Below, piece after piece: positions 25,862 through 38,737 of a DNA stretch of 64,000 bases. Made by a program: the position numbers and the translations under genes. Positions within the stretch are counted from its first letter, which is position 1; the number at the start of each line of letters is the position of its first letter. The stretch is from Octopus sinensis (taxonomy: Eukaryota): NCBI RefSeq assembly GCF_006345805.1, contig NC_043004.1, positions 72,602,001 through 72,666,000 of the forward strand. The letters run 5' to 3'. The notes beneath the pieces are model-generated. The model had not been told where the DNA came from, searched no databases, and worked only from the letters and a program-made list of their open reading frames with translations.

Positions 25862-26130
25862 CGGATCTGATGACATCAACAATTGTTTTCGTCCAATCAA
25901 AATGCAGCCGGAAAGTGTGACGGTTTCTTATAAATGCGAGAGTCTTCGTGGAGATATGAGAGAACCGGGCTGATTGTGCAACGAGATTCTGGTGCTGCTA
26001 CTCCCGCTTTCGCTGCTGAAGACTACTTTGGGTTGCAGGAACGATCAAAAGACAAGACGAATCCAACACTTAAACATTCTGTGTTAATCAAACCTATTCC
26101 TTCTGATATTAGAAGCGGTTCGTGTGTCGA
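25862..26130 (+). promoter_or_regulatory. Putative promoter of gene R (TGACATCA, CCAAT at about 25893, TATAAAT at about 25929)
   Basis: Motif order upstream of the ATG at 26172; motif-only support. Confidence 0.5.
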
Positions 26131-26171
26131 GAAGCGAGAGGAACACTGAAGAGAAAAGAAATATAACAGCC

Positions 26172-26746
26172 ATGAAGAGTCTCGTCCTTTTCTTATTTCT
26201 TTTCGTTGTTGGTCTTTGGGTGACTGAAGGACAGCAGTTGACTCAAGGACCGTCGGTGGCTACAGGACTGCCAGGGACTAGGGAAGGAGGGGAAGAACAA
26301 GAGAGTGCAGCACTACCAGATGATGAAGAAGATTTAGGGAGTGATAAAGACCTAGGGGACGGCGAGTCGCCAGGGAATGATGACGAGTCAGAGGATGAAG
26401 GTGAGTCGGAGGATGAAGGCGAGTCAGAGGATGAAGGCGAGTCAGAGGATGAAGGCGAGCCAGAGGATGGAGAAGAGTCAGACGATGAAGCGTTATCGTC
26501 AGAGGATGACGATCAGGGAGGGGATGGTGACGAGTCAGACGATGACGACGAGGGAGGAGATGAATACGAATCAGGGGACCCGGACGAGTCAGGGAATGAA
26601 GACGCTTCAGAGGTAGTTGATGCAATTGATGAAGAATCCGACAGTGAAGTTGACCCGGTGAGTGGAGTTCCGTCGTTTCATAACGAAACAGTTGATTCTG
26701 GTAACTCGACGACAGAAGGAGAAAGTCTTGCTGTATTCACGACTCG
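26172..26746 (+). CDS. Gene R exon 1: signal peptide plus D/E-rich acidic tract, ending AVFTTR
   Basis: ACAGCCATG start, CG|GTAAGT donor, phase 2. Confidence 0.9.
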
Positions 26747-26794
26747 GTAAGTCATTGTTTTATTTCACCCGACTGAACATCAACACTTTACCTC

Positions 26795-27070
26795 TTTGTT
26801 TCCTCTTGGTTACCTCTTGGTTACCTTTTGGTTACCTCTTGGGTACCTCGCGGTTACCTCTTGGCTACCTCTTGGTAATCCTTGGGTACCTTTTGGTTAC
26901 CTCTTGCTATCTCTTGGTTACCTCTTGGGTACCTCTTTATTACCTCTTGGTTACCTCTTGGCTACTTCTTGGTTACCTCTTGGGTACCTCTTGGGTATCT
27001 CTTTGTTACCTCTTGGTTACCTCTTGGTTACTTCTAGGGTACCTCTTGGTTACTTCTTGGGTACCTCTTG
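26795..27070. repeat. 11-bp minisatellite (GGTTACCTCTT/GGGTACCTCTT)n
   Basis: About 25 degenerate units. Confidence 0.9.
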
Positions 27071-27362
27071 TGGTGTCTATCTTGTTATTCAACATTAAAA
27101 TCCAGTTTATGGTCTGAAGATATTTTACGAAATGGTGGGTCAAAGTCCTACCTTTCTACAGGGCCTCTGATGATGTTGTAAAGAGAGACGACTGAAGGGA
27201 CGTGTCTCTACTGAGCAGAAGGGAAGGTGACTGAATTAGCCGGCGTCTATATTATGTCTACCTGTCTTTACTAAGCCCAGTGCCTCGTTCGTAATTGCTC
27301 CACCTCACTCTCTATTTGTATTATATCGAAACTAACTATGATTTAATTTTTCCTCTTACACC

Positions 27363-27414
27363 GTCTCCGATGAAGGGATATAATTAATAAATATCCTGGA
27401 AACAGCTGTAAGAC
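27363..27414 (+). ncRNA. Hammerhead-like motif with a CCGATGA core
   Basis: GTCT-CCGATGA-AGGGATAT...ATATCCTG-GAAAC-AGCT-GTA-AGAC. Confidence 0.6.
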
Positions 27415-27534
27415 CTATCTATAAATGCTCTAATATCTACACAGCCTTGGTTTTTATCTTCTTGCGTAAAAAATTCTTATATATATATATATTTATATAT
27501 ATATGTATACACACTTATTATATACATACATACA

Positions 27535-27900
27535 TACATGATGGTTGCCCCCTCGTTATCGAGTATGGCCATTGCACGAAGCTTAACTGTTATTGGAGCT
27601 GTGATCGAACGTAACTTTTTAGCCCAGCTAAAGATCGACAATATCTTGTACAAAATCGGCAACTAAACCCTTTACTGGTAATAGTCGGCTGTAGTTGTAA
27701 CTGGGCTTCATGTACCTTTGCATGTCGTTTAAGTCCTCCTGCCGAATTACACTCTCTTCTACATGCCCGACAGATATGATTAGTATGGTGTGTTACACCA
27801 CCACCAGTGGCCAGGTTGTCACTCATCTGTCTCGTTTTATGACTACGAAGATGATTCATGAGTCCAGCTTTACTGAGGCAGGGTCTTGCACAGACATTGC
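27535..27900 (-). mobile_element. RTE-like 3' end with three C2H2-type fingers
   Basis: Homologous in layout to 14547-14888; 3' UTR matches 58850-58910 inverted. Confidence 0.72.
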
Positions 27901-27963
27901 ATACATACATACACACATACATACATATCTAAACTAATTATGACTTAACTTTCCTCTCACACC

Positions 27964-28015
27964 GTCTCCGATGAAGGGATATTATTAATAAATATCCTGA
28001 AAACAGCTGTAAGAC
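27964..28015 (+). ncRNA. Second hammerhead-like motif in a ~160 bp direct repeat
   Basis: Direct repeat of about 27310-27475 at about 27930-28080; same CCGATGA core. Confidence 0.55.
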
Positions 28016-28159
28016 CTTCTATCTATAAATGCTCAAATATCTATACAGCCTTGGTTTTTTATCTCATTACGCAAAAAAATCATATATACAAATGTAAATC
28101 TATAGTTTCTATATTAGAGCCGTATGTTTTGCATTAATTCTTCATATTAGTTCCCTAAT

Positions 28160-28390
28160 ACAAGATAATATATTTACGTCCAGCCGGACAGATGATCTCT
28201 ACAAAAGTGAATGGCTTTTGTTTCCTGTCCCTTGAAAAAATATCCGGCCTGTTACGTTTAATCTGGATTGCTCTCTCTATGAGAGTGTTCCAGAGATGTT
28301 TTGGGTACGTTCCGGTTCTGGTATGCAATTCGTATGCGAATCAGACCAGTCTTTGCAACGTACGACATTATTGTTGATTTTAGAAGACTA
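28160..28390 (-). mobile_element. Decayed RLE endonuclease fragment (R4/Dong-like)
   Basis: HLWNTLIERAIQIKRNRPDIFSRDRKQKPFTFVEIICP. Confidence 0.65.
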
Positions 28391-28403
28391 CCATACCTAT
28401 TTG

Positions 28404-28458
<55 letters not shown>

Positions 28459-28520
28459 CCAGCTCTCTCATTCTCTCTATATATATCTCTCTCCATATAA
28501 ATATATATATATATATATAT

Positions 28521-28564
<44 letters not shown>

Positions 28565-28995
28565 TATATGGCGCAGTAGCTTGCTAACCAACCACATGGT
28601 TACAGGTTCAGTCCCACTGCGTGGCATCTTGGGCAAGTGTCTTCTGCTATAGCCCCGGGCCAACCAATGCCTTGCGAGTGGATTTGGTAGACGGAAACTG
28701 AAAGAAGCCTGTCGTATATATGTATATATATATATATATTATATATAATATATATATATATATATGTATTGTGTGTTTGTGTGTCTGTGCTTGTCCCCCT
28801 AGCATTGCTTGACAACCGATGCTGGTGTGTTTACGTCTCCGTCACTTAGCGATTCGGCAAAAGAGACCGATAGAATAAGTACTGGGCTTACAAAGAATAA
28901 GTCCCGGGGTCGATTTGCTCGACTAAAGGCGGTGCTCCAGCATGGCCGAAGTCAAATTACTGAAACAAGTAAAAGAGTAAAAGAGTAAAAGAGTA
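28565..28995 (+). mobile_element. SINE family B
   Basis: Full-length match to other copies. Confidence 0.85.
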
Positions 28996-29371
28996 TATTT
29001 ATATTTATCAATTTAATTGTTTATTTATCTATCTCTTTCTCTTACACACATAAAAATAACCACACACATATACCGACACACACACAAACATTTATATTTA
29101 GATATCAATAAGTATTTGCATATATATTTACATATATAAAAATATAAACATCATCTTTTGTGTGTATATATATATATATATATACATACATATACATATA
29201 TATAAATATAAACATAATCTTTTTTGTGTGTATATATATACGTATAAACATAGAAAAAGATATATATAATTATATAAATGTATATATATATATATTTTGG
29301 TATGTATATATGTATATTTATGTATGTATGTTTAAATGATTAAAAGTATATCCTGTTTATATATTTTTCAG

Positions 29372-29470
29372 ACGAACCTGTCGAAGGCCGTGTTATGTAA
29401 GAGTTGCCGCTAGAAAATCAAGGATAGCGATATGCAGTAAAAAACCGCGCAAAACGTGTACAAAATTCAG
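29372..29470 (+). CDS. Gene R exon 2: N-terminal half of the EMI-like domain (RTCRRPCYVRVAARKSRIAICSKKPRKTCTKF)
   Basis: TTTTTCAG acceptor, CAG|GTGAGT donor, 99 nt, phase 2 to 2; paralogous to 10711-10803. Confidence 0.9.
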
Positions 29471-29668
29471 GTGAGTACGAAACCACACTTACCTGTTCTA
29501 TATCTTAGCATACAAAATAATCGTTCCAATTACAAACACTTAAAACCTTTGTTTGTTACATTTTGTTACCATCAAATTTGTGTGTGTGTGTGTGTATGTG
29601 TGTGTGATGTATGTATGTATGTTTGTACGCTTAGTCTATCTTTTATTTTCTCATATACCATTACGAGT

Positions 29669-29715
<47 letters not shown>

Positions 29716-29989
29716 TATATAACATAAACATAATCATTTGTATATATATATATATATATATACACTAAAGCATTGTGAGTTGATTCGGTTGGCGGGAACT
29801 GAAAGAAAAAAATAGTGAAAGTCATAAACCAATACATAGAAATAAAATTAATTAAAAAAATATATAATATATAAAATTCAAAATTTAAATTATTTAAATT
29901 TAAAGTTAAAATTTAGAAAATTATTTAAATTAATAATTTATACATATATATATTTATTATTATTATCATTATTATTATTATTTTTTTTT

Positions 29990-32700
29990 TTTCTTCTTTC
30001 AAATTTGCTTCCATTTCTTGCCGAGTGTCTTCCCGACTCCTAGGGCAAAGAAACTCATAGTATACATTGGTAGGCCATTAAACCAAACTCAGTAGTTCGT
30101 TCATTTTTTTTTTTTTAAAGTTCAATTAAAATACATGAGCAGCAACAGTTCTCACATCGACAATGCTCTTCTCAATAAGTGTGATGTACCAGTTAAGACA
30201 ATCTTTTGCACTTCTTGCAGGGATGGTAAGCCAGGGATCATTCTCATATAATTTTCGGTTCCCTTCTTGATCATTCCTAGTGCTCCTACGATCACTGGTA
30301 TTGTAACCGCCTTGAGATGCCACATTTTCTCAATTTCAATGAGTAGGTCTTTATATTTTCTGAGCTTGTCAAACTCTTTCGCTGAGATATTATGATCACA
30401 GGGGATGCTCATGTCGATCAATAAGCAAACTTTATTGTTTTGGTCTTTCACAACAATATCTTGTTTATTGGCCTTGATGGTTCGGTCTGTATGTACTGGA
30501 AAGTCCCACAGAATGGTTACATTTTCTCCTTCAGTTACAGCCTCAGGGTGGTGATTATACCACTTGTCGGCAGTTTTGATATTGTAATGCCGACTTATTA
30601 GCCAGTGGAGATATTGGCCAACTCTGTCATGTCTTAATTTATACTCCACTGGTGCTAAGACTTTACATCCAGAGATTAGGTGGTCCACTGTTCCAATCAT
30701 GTCGTTGCAGAATCGGCATTTTGGGTCTGCTCCATTTTTCATCACATTGGCCTGGTAGTTCCGGGTTAATAGACTTTGATCTTGAGCAGCCAGGATGAAA
30801 CCTTCGCTCTCTGCTTTTAGCCCTGAGCTCCGTAGCCACTGATGGGTTTGCTTCTGGTCAACATCAGCTTGTTTGCTGCGAGTCACATATTTGCCGTGCA
30901 GAGGTTTCTCCTCCCACCTATCAGCCAATTGCTCGTGCGCTTTTTTCATTGCCATCATTTTCACCTTCTTTGCAACAATAGTTGCCGTACTTCCCTCGGG
31001 TTGTTCAGTTTGGGTATCCTGCACGAGATCAATAGCAAATTGTTTGCTTTCCTTTGTGATAGAATGAAGCTTCTTTCGTCTCTCGTGATTTTCCACGAGC
31101 TTTAGCATCCAGTCATTCGATATTTCGAGATATCTGGCCAGTCCAATTGTGGTTGTTTTGTAAGCTAGTTCAAATTGGATCAGGCATCGACCGCCTTGGG
31201 CTCTGGGAAGGTAAAGGCGATCTACGCCTGCCTTTGGGTGGTGCATCCTATTACAACTCAGCAGCTTGCGTATTTTCCTATCTATATTCTTTACTTCACT
31301 CATATTCCAGTTCAACACATTGTAGCTATAAGTAACAACTGGAACTGCTAAGGAATTTATAGCTAACACCTTGTTACGTGCATTTAGTTCAGATTTCAGG
31401 ACTGCACGAACTCTCCTATAACATTCCTTCCTGATTTTCTCTTTCATGCTTGCATGCTGAATACCAGAGCCTTCATTTATCCCTAAATATTTATATGTTT
31501 GTTCTTGCTCAAGCTCTCTTATGACTGTGTCAACATCTACACGACTGAATTTGTGGTCTTCACTTTCCCTTTCTGGAAAGTGGCCTTGGCACACTTCTCA
31601 ACTCCAAACTCCATCCCGATGTCATCGCTGAATGCTTTCACGGTGCGCAATAGGCCTTCAAGTTCATTATTGTCTTTATCATAAAGTTTTAAGTCATCCA
31701 TAAAAATAGATGGCTTATTTTTTTATTGACAATTATACCCATACCCTGTTCTGTTTAATTCACTTGTAAGGGGTATTAGGGCTATGCAGAATATTAAAGG
31801 TGAAAGTGAGTCACCTTGAAAAATTCCACAGTTGATGTTTATATTTTCTGAGGCAAGTACTCCATTAGAGTGGTATAATTGGAGATTCGTATTCCACAAC
31901 GACATATTGTGCTTCAGGAAGTTTGAAATCACAGGGGAAATTTTGAAGATGTCCAGCGATCTCAAGATCCATGGATGCGGTATACTGTCGAAGGCCTTTT
32001 TATAGTCAATCCATGCTGTGCTGAGATTTCTGCGCTTGTTGTGACAGTTCTCAAGGATCATACGATTGATTAGCAGTTGATCTTTGCATCCGTAAGAGCC
32101 TCGGCGGCACCCTTTTTGTTCAATGGGGAACATATCGTTCTTCTCCATGAATGCTATGTTTTCTCCGCCAGGATAGATGTTAGGATTTTATACGTGGTGG
32201 ATAGACAGGTTATAGGCCGTAGTTTTTTGGAAGGTTGGTTTCGTTATTCTTTGGGAGTAGGTAAGTAATGCCACTTGCTAACCATTCAGGTTTTTTCTTT
32301 GGGTCTCTCATAATTCCATGAGCAGCTGAACTAGCTTACCGTGTGCGCATGGGAGCGATGCGAGCCAGAAATTCGGCACCCTATCTTTACCGGGGATTTT
32401 CCAATTATGGGACTTCGTGAGTGCCTTTCTTAGGTCTGCTATTGTGATGTCTTCCCATGCTTGTTGTTGTAAATTTTGGTAGGATCCTTCAGTTTGTATA
32501 ATCCAGTCTGCATTTATGTTGTGCGTCTTCTTGTCACTCCAAATCCTTTTCCAAAAGTTTTGAACTTCTTCCATGGGAGGGGGGGGTCTTTAACGGTTAC
32601 TTTCTCCTTCCCTATTTCTCTGTAGAATTTTTTGGCATTGGATGTGAACAGCTTATTTTGCTTGTAAAACTTGTTTCTCTTCTCAAATCTTCGTATTCGT
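29990..32700 (-). mobile_element. 5'-truncated Dong/R4-like LINE (RT, CCHC, RLE)
   Basis: WIDYKKAFDS, GIFQGDSLSP, CRFC...HLISGC, NKQDIVVKD...IDMSIPCD; a few frameshifts; (TTA)n at both ends. Confidence 0.92.
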
Positions 32701-32704
32701 ATTC

Positions 32705-32759
<55 letters not shown>

Positions 32760-32762
<3 letters not shown>

Positions 32763-34006
32763 AACCTCGCAAAGCTAAGTATATATTTATATTTAAGATT
32801 TTTAAATTTCAAAATTTAAATACTTTATAAGTTTTATGGTATAATATTTTTTATATAAATATTGATGGTTATGTAATGATCTAATTATCGTAATTTTTTT
32901 AATATAATGATTAGATATTAATTTTACGTTTATTCGTAAGACTTTACTTAGCCAAAGAAATATATAGTTCTTTAACAGTTATACGAGTTTTTTAAAGTTA
33001 GTTTTCATGTATATACATGTATTGATAGCATAAATTTTAGTCATAAATAACTATATTTGTTGATAGTTATTTTAAATTTCTTATAATTGTTATTATAACT
33101 TATATATTGTTTTTTTTAAATCGATAATTAGTAGTAATATTCTTCCCATTGATAAATATATTTGTAGTATTTATTTGATACTATATAACTACGGATTGAT
33201 TATTTCATTAATTATTTTATTATTTTATTTTAACTATACGATTTTTGAAAGTTATTAGTTAGCCAAAGAGATATATAGTACGTTAATTTGTTATAGCGTT
33301 CGTTTAAGATTGTTTGTTTGTTTTTTTTTACAATTAGCTATTTCATCTTTAATCTTTTAATCTTTTAATATTTTTATAAGTAAATAATTAGTTTATTAGG
33401 TCTTTATTATACGTGCATATATATTTATTGATAGAGATAATTTTAGATCTTAATTCTAATATTTGTATACATATATATATTTTCATTGATAATTTATTTA
33501 TTATTCAAATATTATATAATTATTTGACTTGAAATCATATTTAATAATATGAATAGTAATTTTTTTTTTTTGTAAAATATGTATGTAATTAGATATTGAC
33601 TATAACTGATATTAGATTATTTATGGGTTTCTTACCTTAAAAATTAATACTTAAAAATTTATATTTCACATTATAATCGATTGCATGACATAATCATAAT
33701 CGTTAAGTTTCTAGTTTGATAATAGAGTTTTTTATTAGAAAAATTATTATTTTATTTATTTCTTTAAAAATATTGTTTAAATATTTCTGATTATTTATTT
33801 AAATATTATAATTAAGCTGAAGATTGACTATAACCATAATTCGAATTATTAATTGAATTCAAATTATTGTTATTCGAATTACGTTATGGGCCTGAAACGA
33901 TCGTAGTGGTTTTACTCTTTATCTTATATAAACTTTTAATAATTTTTGATAGTTATATATATTTAAAATAATAAATGAATAAATAAATAAATAATAATAA
34001 TAATAA

Positions 34007-34046
<40 letters not shown>

Positions 34047-34190
34047 TATATTAATAAATTTATAGTATAAAATTATTAATTTTAATAATTTTTAACTTTA
34101 AATTTAAATAATTTAAATTTTCAATTTTATATTTTATATATTTTAAAATTAATTTTATTTCTATGTATGGTTTATGATTTCACTGTTTGA
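32760..34190. repeat. Very AT-rich block (~18% GC) with a decayed hammerhead; its end is an inverted repeat of 29815-29940
   Basis: CTGAAGA at about 33817 and GAAAC-GATC-GTA at about 33894-33905; 34060-34187 inverted versus 29815-29940. Confidence 0.6.
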
Positions 34191-34300
34191 TTTGCCTAAT
34201 AGTGGTTTTATCTCTAATTTAATATATATATTTATACTATAAAATTAGATTAATCCTAAATCTAATTTTTCCCTGTAAGTTTGGATTTACTCCCTAATAT

Positions 34301-34370
<70 letters not shown>

Positions 34371-34738
34371 CATATATATATATATATATGTATTAGTATG
34401 TATGTATATCTTTATATATGTATGTATGTATGTGTGTATAGTTAGATATGTTTCTTTATTAGCCACACAGGGCTGCACACAGATAGAACAAATTACAAGG
34501 TAGAGCTTTTCTTTTGAAGGTTTAAAAAAAAAATTTTTTAAAAAAGGAAGGGGGAGTTTCGATCAAAAGGGATCGTAAAAGGAGAGAAAGAGGACAAAAA
34601 AAGGGGGGTTAAAAAAAGGGGGGAGAGGAAAAAAAAAATTGATCAATAGGGATCGTTATCACAGAAATGTCAATATGAAGTGTAAAGGGGAGGACAGGTG
34701 AGGTTTACCCGTGGAAAGAAAAGCCTACGGTGTATAGT

Positions 34739-34820
<82 letters not shown>

Positions 34821-34989
34821 TGTTTGTGTTTGTCCCACCATCGTTGCTTGATAACCGATGCTGAAGTGTCTACGTCTCAGTCACTTAGCGATAGAATAAG
34901 TACTAGGCTTACAAAGAATAAGTCCTGGGGTCGATTTGCTCGACTAAAGGTGGCGCTACAGCGTGGCCGCAGTCAAATGACTAATACAA

Positions 34990-37900
34990 ATAAAAAAGAA
35001 AAGGGAAAGCACCCTAAAATTGATGGGAAACAAGAGGTAAAAGACAAGAAAATTAAAGCTAAAATAAGCACTGTTCAGAAAAAACAGAAGAACCCCAGCA
35101 AGAAATATAAGGGCAAAGGCAGAAACATCTGCAAATTCAACCTGAAGGGGGACTGCTGGCACGGCATCGAAGGCGCAAACTGTCGCTTTGCACATCAGAA
35201 GCCCTACCAAAACCGCATGGACACGAGACAAAAATCCCTCCCCCGGGGAGAACAAAAAGATAAAGAAAAAGAAAATTATAAAAGAAGGAAAAATAGCGCA
35301 CTTATCACTCCTGAAAGACGATATGCGGATGTAGTGCGCGGTAACCCAACAAATGGCCAGCTTCACCCAGATGTGAGAAGGGCAGCAGCTGAACAGCAAT
35401 CTTTTTTGTGCATGGCACAAAAAATTGTTCAGCAGCTGACCCGGCTACAAACACAAAGCTGGAACTACAACCACATAAGGCCACCACCAACAGATGCAGG
35501 ATGGTCACCACAGACACCAACACACACACCACAAAAATATTTCTACTGAATGTAGGAGGGCTGCTGCGTGGCAACTGTAAAAGGAAAATCTCATTCCTGA
35601 GAGACCTTGTGACATGCAATCAAGCCGTATGCATGGCACTCACAGAAACGCATCTTGGACCTGATATAGGGGATGCAGAAATACACATACCACAATATGC
35701 AGTCATACGCTCAGATAGAAAAGGGAGGAGCCATGGTGGAGATGCAATGTACATCCGAGATGACCTCACGCCCCAGGCCCTGCTGTCATATTCAAACTCA
35801 GTGTGTGACACTCAAATTGTACACATAAGACAACTGAATATCGTCATATACGCTACATATCGCCCACCAGATGCCCCAAATCACTCAGGCATGATTGAAG
35901 ACTGCCTAACAAAAATAGAAGTCCTCACCAACCTTGAACAACACAACAGTGTATTCTTCATGGGTGACTTTAACCTCCCCAATGTGGAATGGCCTGGGGG
36001 GGGCAGATGCTCCCAGGGATGACACACCATCAGCAGGCACAGGTGGAGTCCCTGCTCCATCTCACAAATGCCTCTTTCATGTAGCAAATAGTTCTGCAAC
36101 CAACAAGGGCAGATAATATACTGGATCTCTGCTTCACAAACAATATGGATATTATCCATAATGTTAATGTGATGCCGACAATAATCTCGGATCACAACAT
36201 AATAGAGCTGTCTATGTATGGACAAAAGCCCCCGTAACACACAGCCTATACGAAGCATCCACCATCTCTCCAACTTAAACTTTCATAAAGCAAACTGGAA
36301 GTTGATTGAGAAAGAGATCATCAAACAGGATTGGCCTGAATGTCTCTCCACACCGGACATTAACATGAAACACAAACACTTCATGTCCATAATACAAGCC
36401 ATATGTGACAAATATGTCCCAGTGTGCAGGGCCAGCACACACAAAAACAAAAACAGGATCCCTAGAGAAAGGAAGATTCTTAAGAGACGACGGACAAGGA
36501 TTGCGAACCGCCTGAGCAAGCACACCAAAAGTGGTGAGAAGTCTCGGCTCGAGAGAATGCTAATGGAAACAGAAAAGTCTGCATCAGTCCCATGAAAAGG
36601 AGAGAGCAGATAAAGAAGCTTGGGTAATAGAAAATATAAAATCAAACCCTAAAGCTTTCTTTAAGTTTGCCAAAGAGACAGCCACAGTGCACCAGAGAAT
36701 AGGACCTCTCTTCCAAAAAATGGCTCTCTCACAGGAAATCCCACGAGGATAAGTGAAATACTGAACGAACAATTCCAAAGTGTGTTCACTACACCTCTAG
36801 GACACAGGCAAGTAAACAACCCAGAAGAATTCTTTGCCACATTACCTGCGGCCAAAGAGGCAAAAATTGAGTACATCAACATCGAAGATGATGATATCGC
36901 ACTAGCCATAGATGAGATTGACACAAACTCAGCTGCTGGACCTGATGGATTTCCAGCGATCCTTCTCAAATCGTGCAAACGAGCCCTTGCAAAACCGCTA
37001 CAGCTTCTTTTTCAGAGCTTTCTTGCATGTGATAAGCTCCCAGTCAAATTGAAAGAGGGGGTAATATGCCCTATCCATGTTTCTTGAAGAAAATGACTTG
37101 CTGTCTGACGCCCAGCATGGATTTCGACCAGGTAGAAGCTGCCTAACACAGCTCCTGCAACACTATGACTGGGTGTTAAAACAGCTACTAAATGGCTCAA
37201 ATGTGTATGTAATATATCTCGACTTTGCAAAAGCCTTTGATAAAGTCGACCACGGTATGGTCTGTCACAAACTGCGTGGTCTCGGCATAGGCGGAAAACT
37301 TGGAGAGTGACTGCACAACTTCCTAAAAGATAGAAGACAGGCAGTTGTGAGCAATGGAGCCACCTCCAAGGAAACACAAATATCAAGCGGTGTCCCACAG
37401 GGCACTGTCTTGGGGCCACTGCTGTTCATAGTGGCCCTTTCAGTCATGCCCTCAGTTGCTACGATGGCCACCCTTGATAGCTATGCAGATGACACAAAAG
37501 TCTCCCACACAATGCAAAACCCTGAAAATATTGCGCATCTGCAACAGGAGTTGGATACAATATACAGGTGGGCTGAGGACAACAACTTGCAGTTTAATGC
37601 AGGTACGTTCCAGGCCCTGCGCTACCGGCACACAAAGGTAAACGACGTGCAGACTGGATACACTGGCCCAGGAAGAAATGCAATCCCTGAGTCAAAATCA
37701 GTGCGTGACCTGGGCATTGACATGAGCAACGATGCATCTTTCCAAGTGCATATTACTAATCTGGTGATAAAATGCAGACGGCTAGCTGGATCGATTCTCC
37801 GAACTTTCAGAACAATAGAGAAGGAGACACTGATGGTCCTCTGGAAAACATTCGTCCTCAGCCGCTTGGACTACTGCTCCCAACTGTGGTCACCACACAA

Positions 37901-38448
37901 TATAAAACTAACAGCAGAACTCCAAGAAATTCAAAGAAGCTACACAAAGAAGATCGTCTCAATGCAAAATATCAGCTACTGGAAAAGACTGAAAGTATTA
38001 AACCTCTTCTCCCTAGAGCGAAGGCGGGAGAGATATGCGGTGATATACATCTAGAAAATCCTGGCATTCAAAGTTACCCCAACCGCAGAACGGGGCGCCA
38101 CTGCATGGTGCCAAAGATTCCAACATCGCCATCAAAATACAGGTCCAGATACTGCAACAGCTTGGGTTTCAGAGGACCGCAGCTCTTTAACATCCTCCCT
38201 AAATAGCTGAGAGACTTACATGGTGTGGATGTGGGTTTCTTTAAAACTAATCTGGATCTCTTCTTGTCGGGGGTCCCAGATGAACCTACCTCACGACAGG
38301 AGACACAGATGCGGGCAGCGGCATCGAACTCCCTTGTTGATCAAGTGTCACGTATCAGAGGTGGATTCACATATTAGTGTAGCTCATTCCGTGGTGGTGC
38401 CCCAGGATGGCCGCGGCCTTCGGGCTAAAACATTTTTAAGGATTTAAG
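34990..38448 (+). mobile_element. Near full-length decayed CR1-like LINE (ORF1 remnant with CCCH finger; ORF2 with APE and RT)
   Basis: ALTETHL, MGDFNLP, YLDFAKAFDKV, SGVPQGTVLGPLLF, YADD; several stops and frameshifts. Confidence 0.92.
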
Positions 38449-38552
38449 GATATATATGATATATATATTATACAAATATATATATATATACATTATATAT
38501 GTATATTTATATAATGTTTGTGCACACACACCACACATATATATGTATATAC

Positions 38553-38629
<77 letters not shown>

Positions 38630-38642
38630 CTTATATATATAC

Positions 38643-38680
<38 letters not shown>

Positions 38681-38689
38681 GTATACATA

Positions 38690-38737
<48 letters not shown>

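Larger units (their letters stand above)
24946..26734. repeat. Right arm of the inverted duplication
   Basis: See 18506-20186. Confidence 0.95.

Noticed and set aside
26124-26171. N-terminal extension MSRSERNTEEKRNITA in the ORF track (also 19063-19110)
   Set aside because: It starts at GTG; the ATG in ACAGCCATG directly precedes the signal peptide and is the plausible eukaryotic start
27590-27922. Host C2H2 zinc-finger gene (also 14547-14888)
   Set aside because: Degenerate His/Cys ligands, contiguity with RTE motifs at 14.5-15.4 kb, and a dispersed 3' UTR
28192-28390. Cys-containing plus-strand ORF as exon 2 of gene R
   Set aside because: The minus strand reads as a LINE restriction-like endonuclease fragment (NRPDI)
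34824-35549. 241-aa ORF as a host gene
   Set aside because: It is a chance fusion of SINE B sequence with the CR1-like ORF1 remnant
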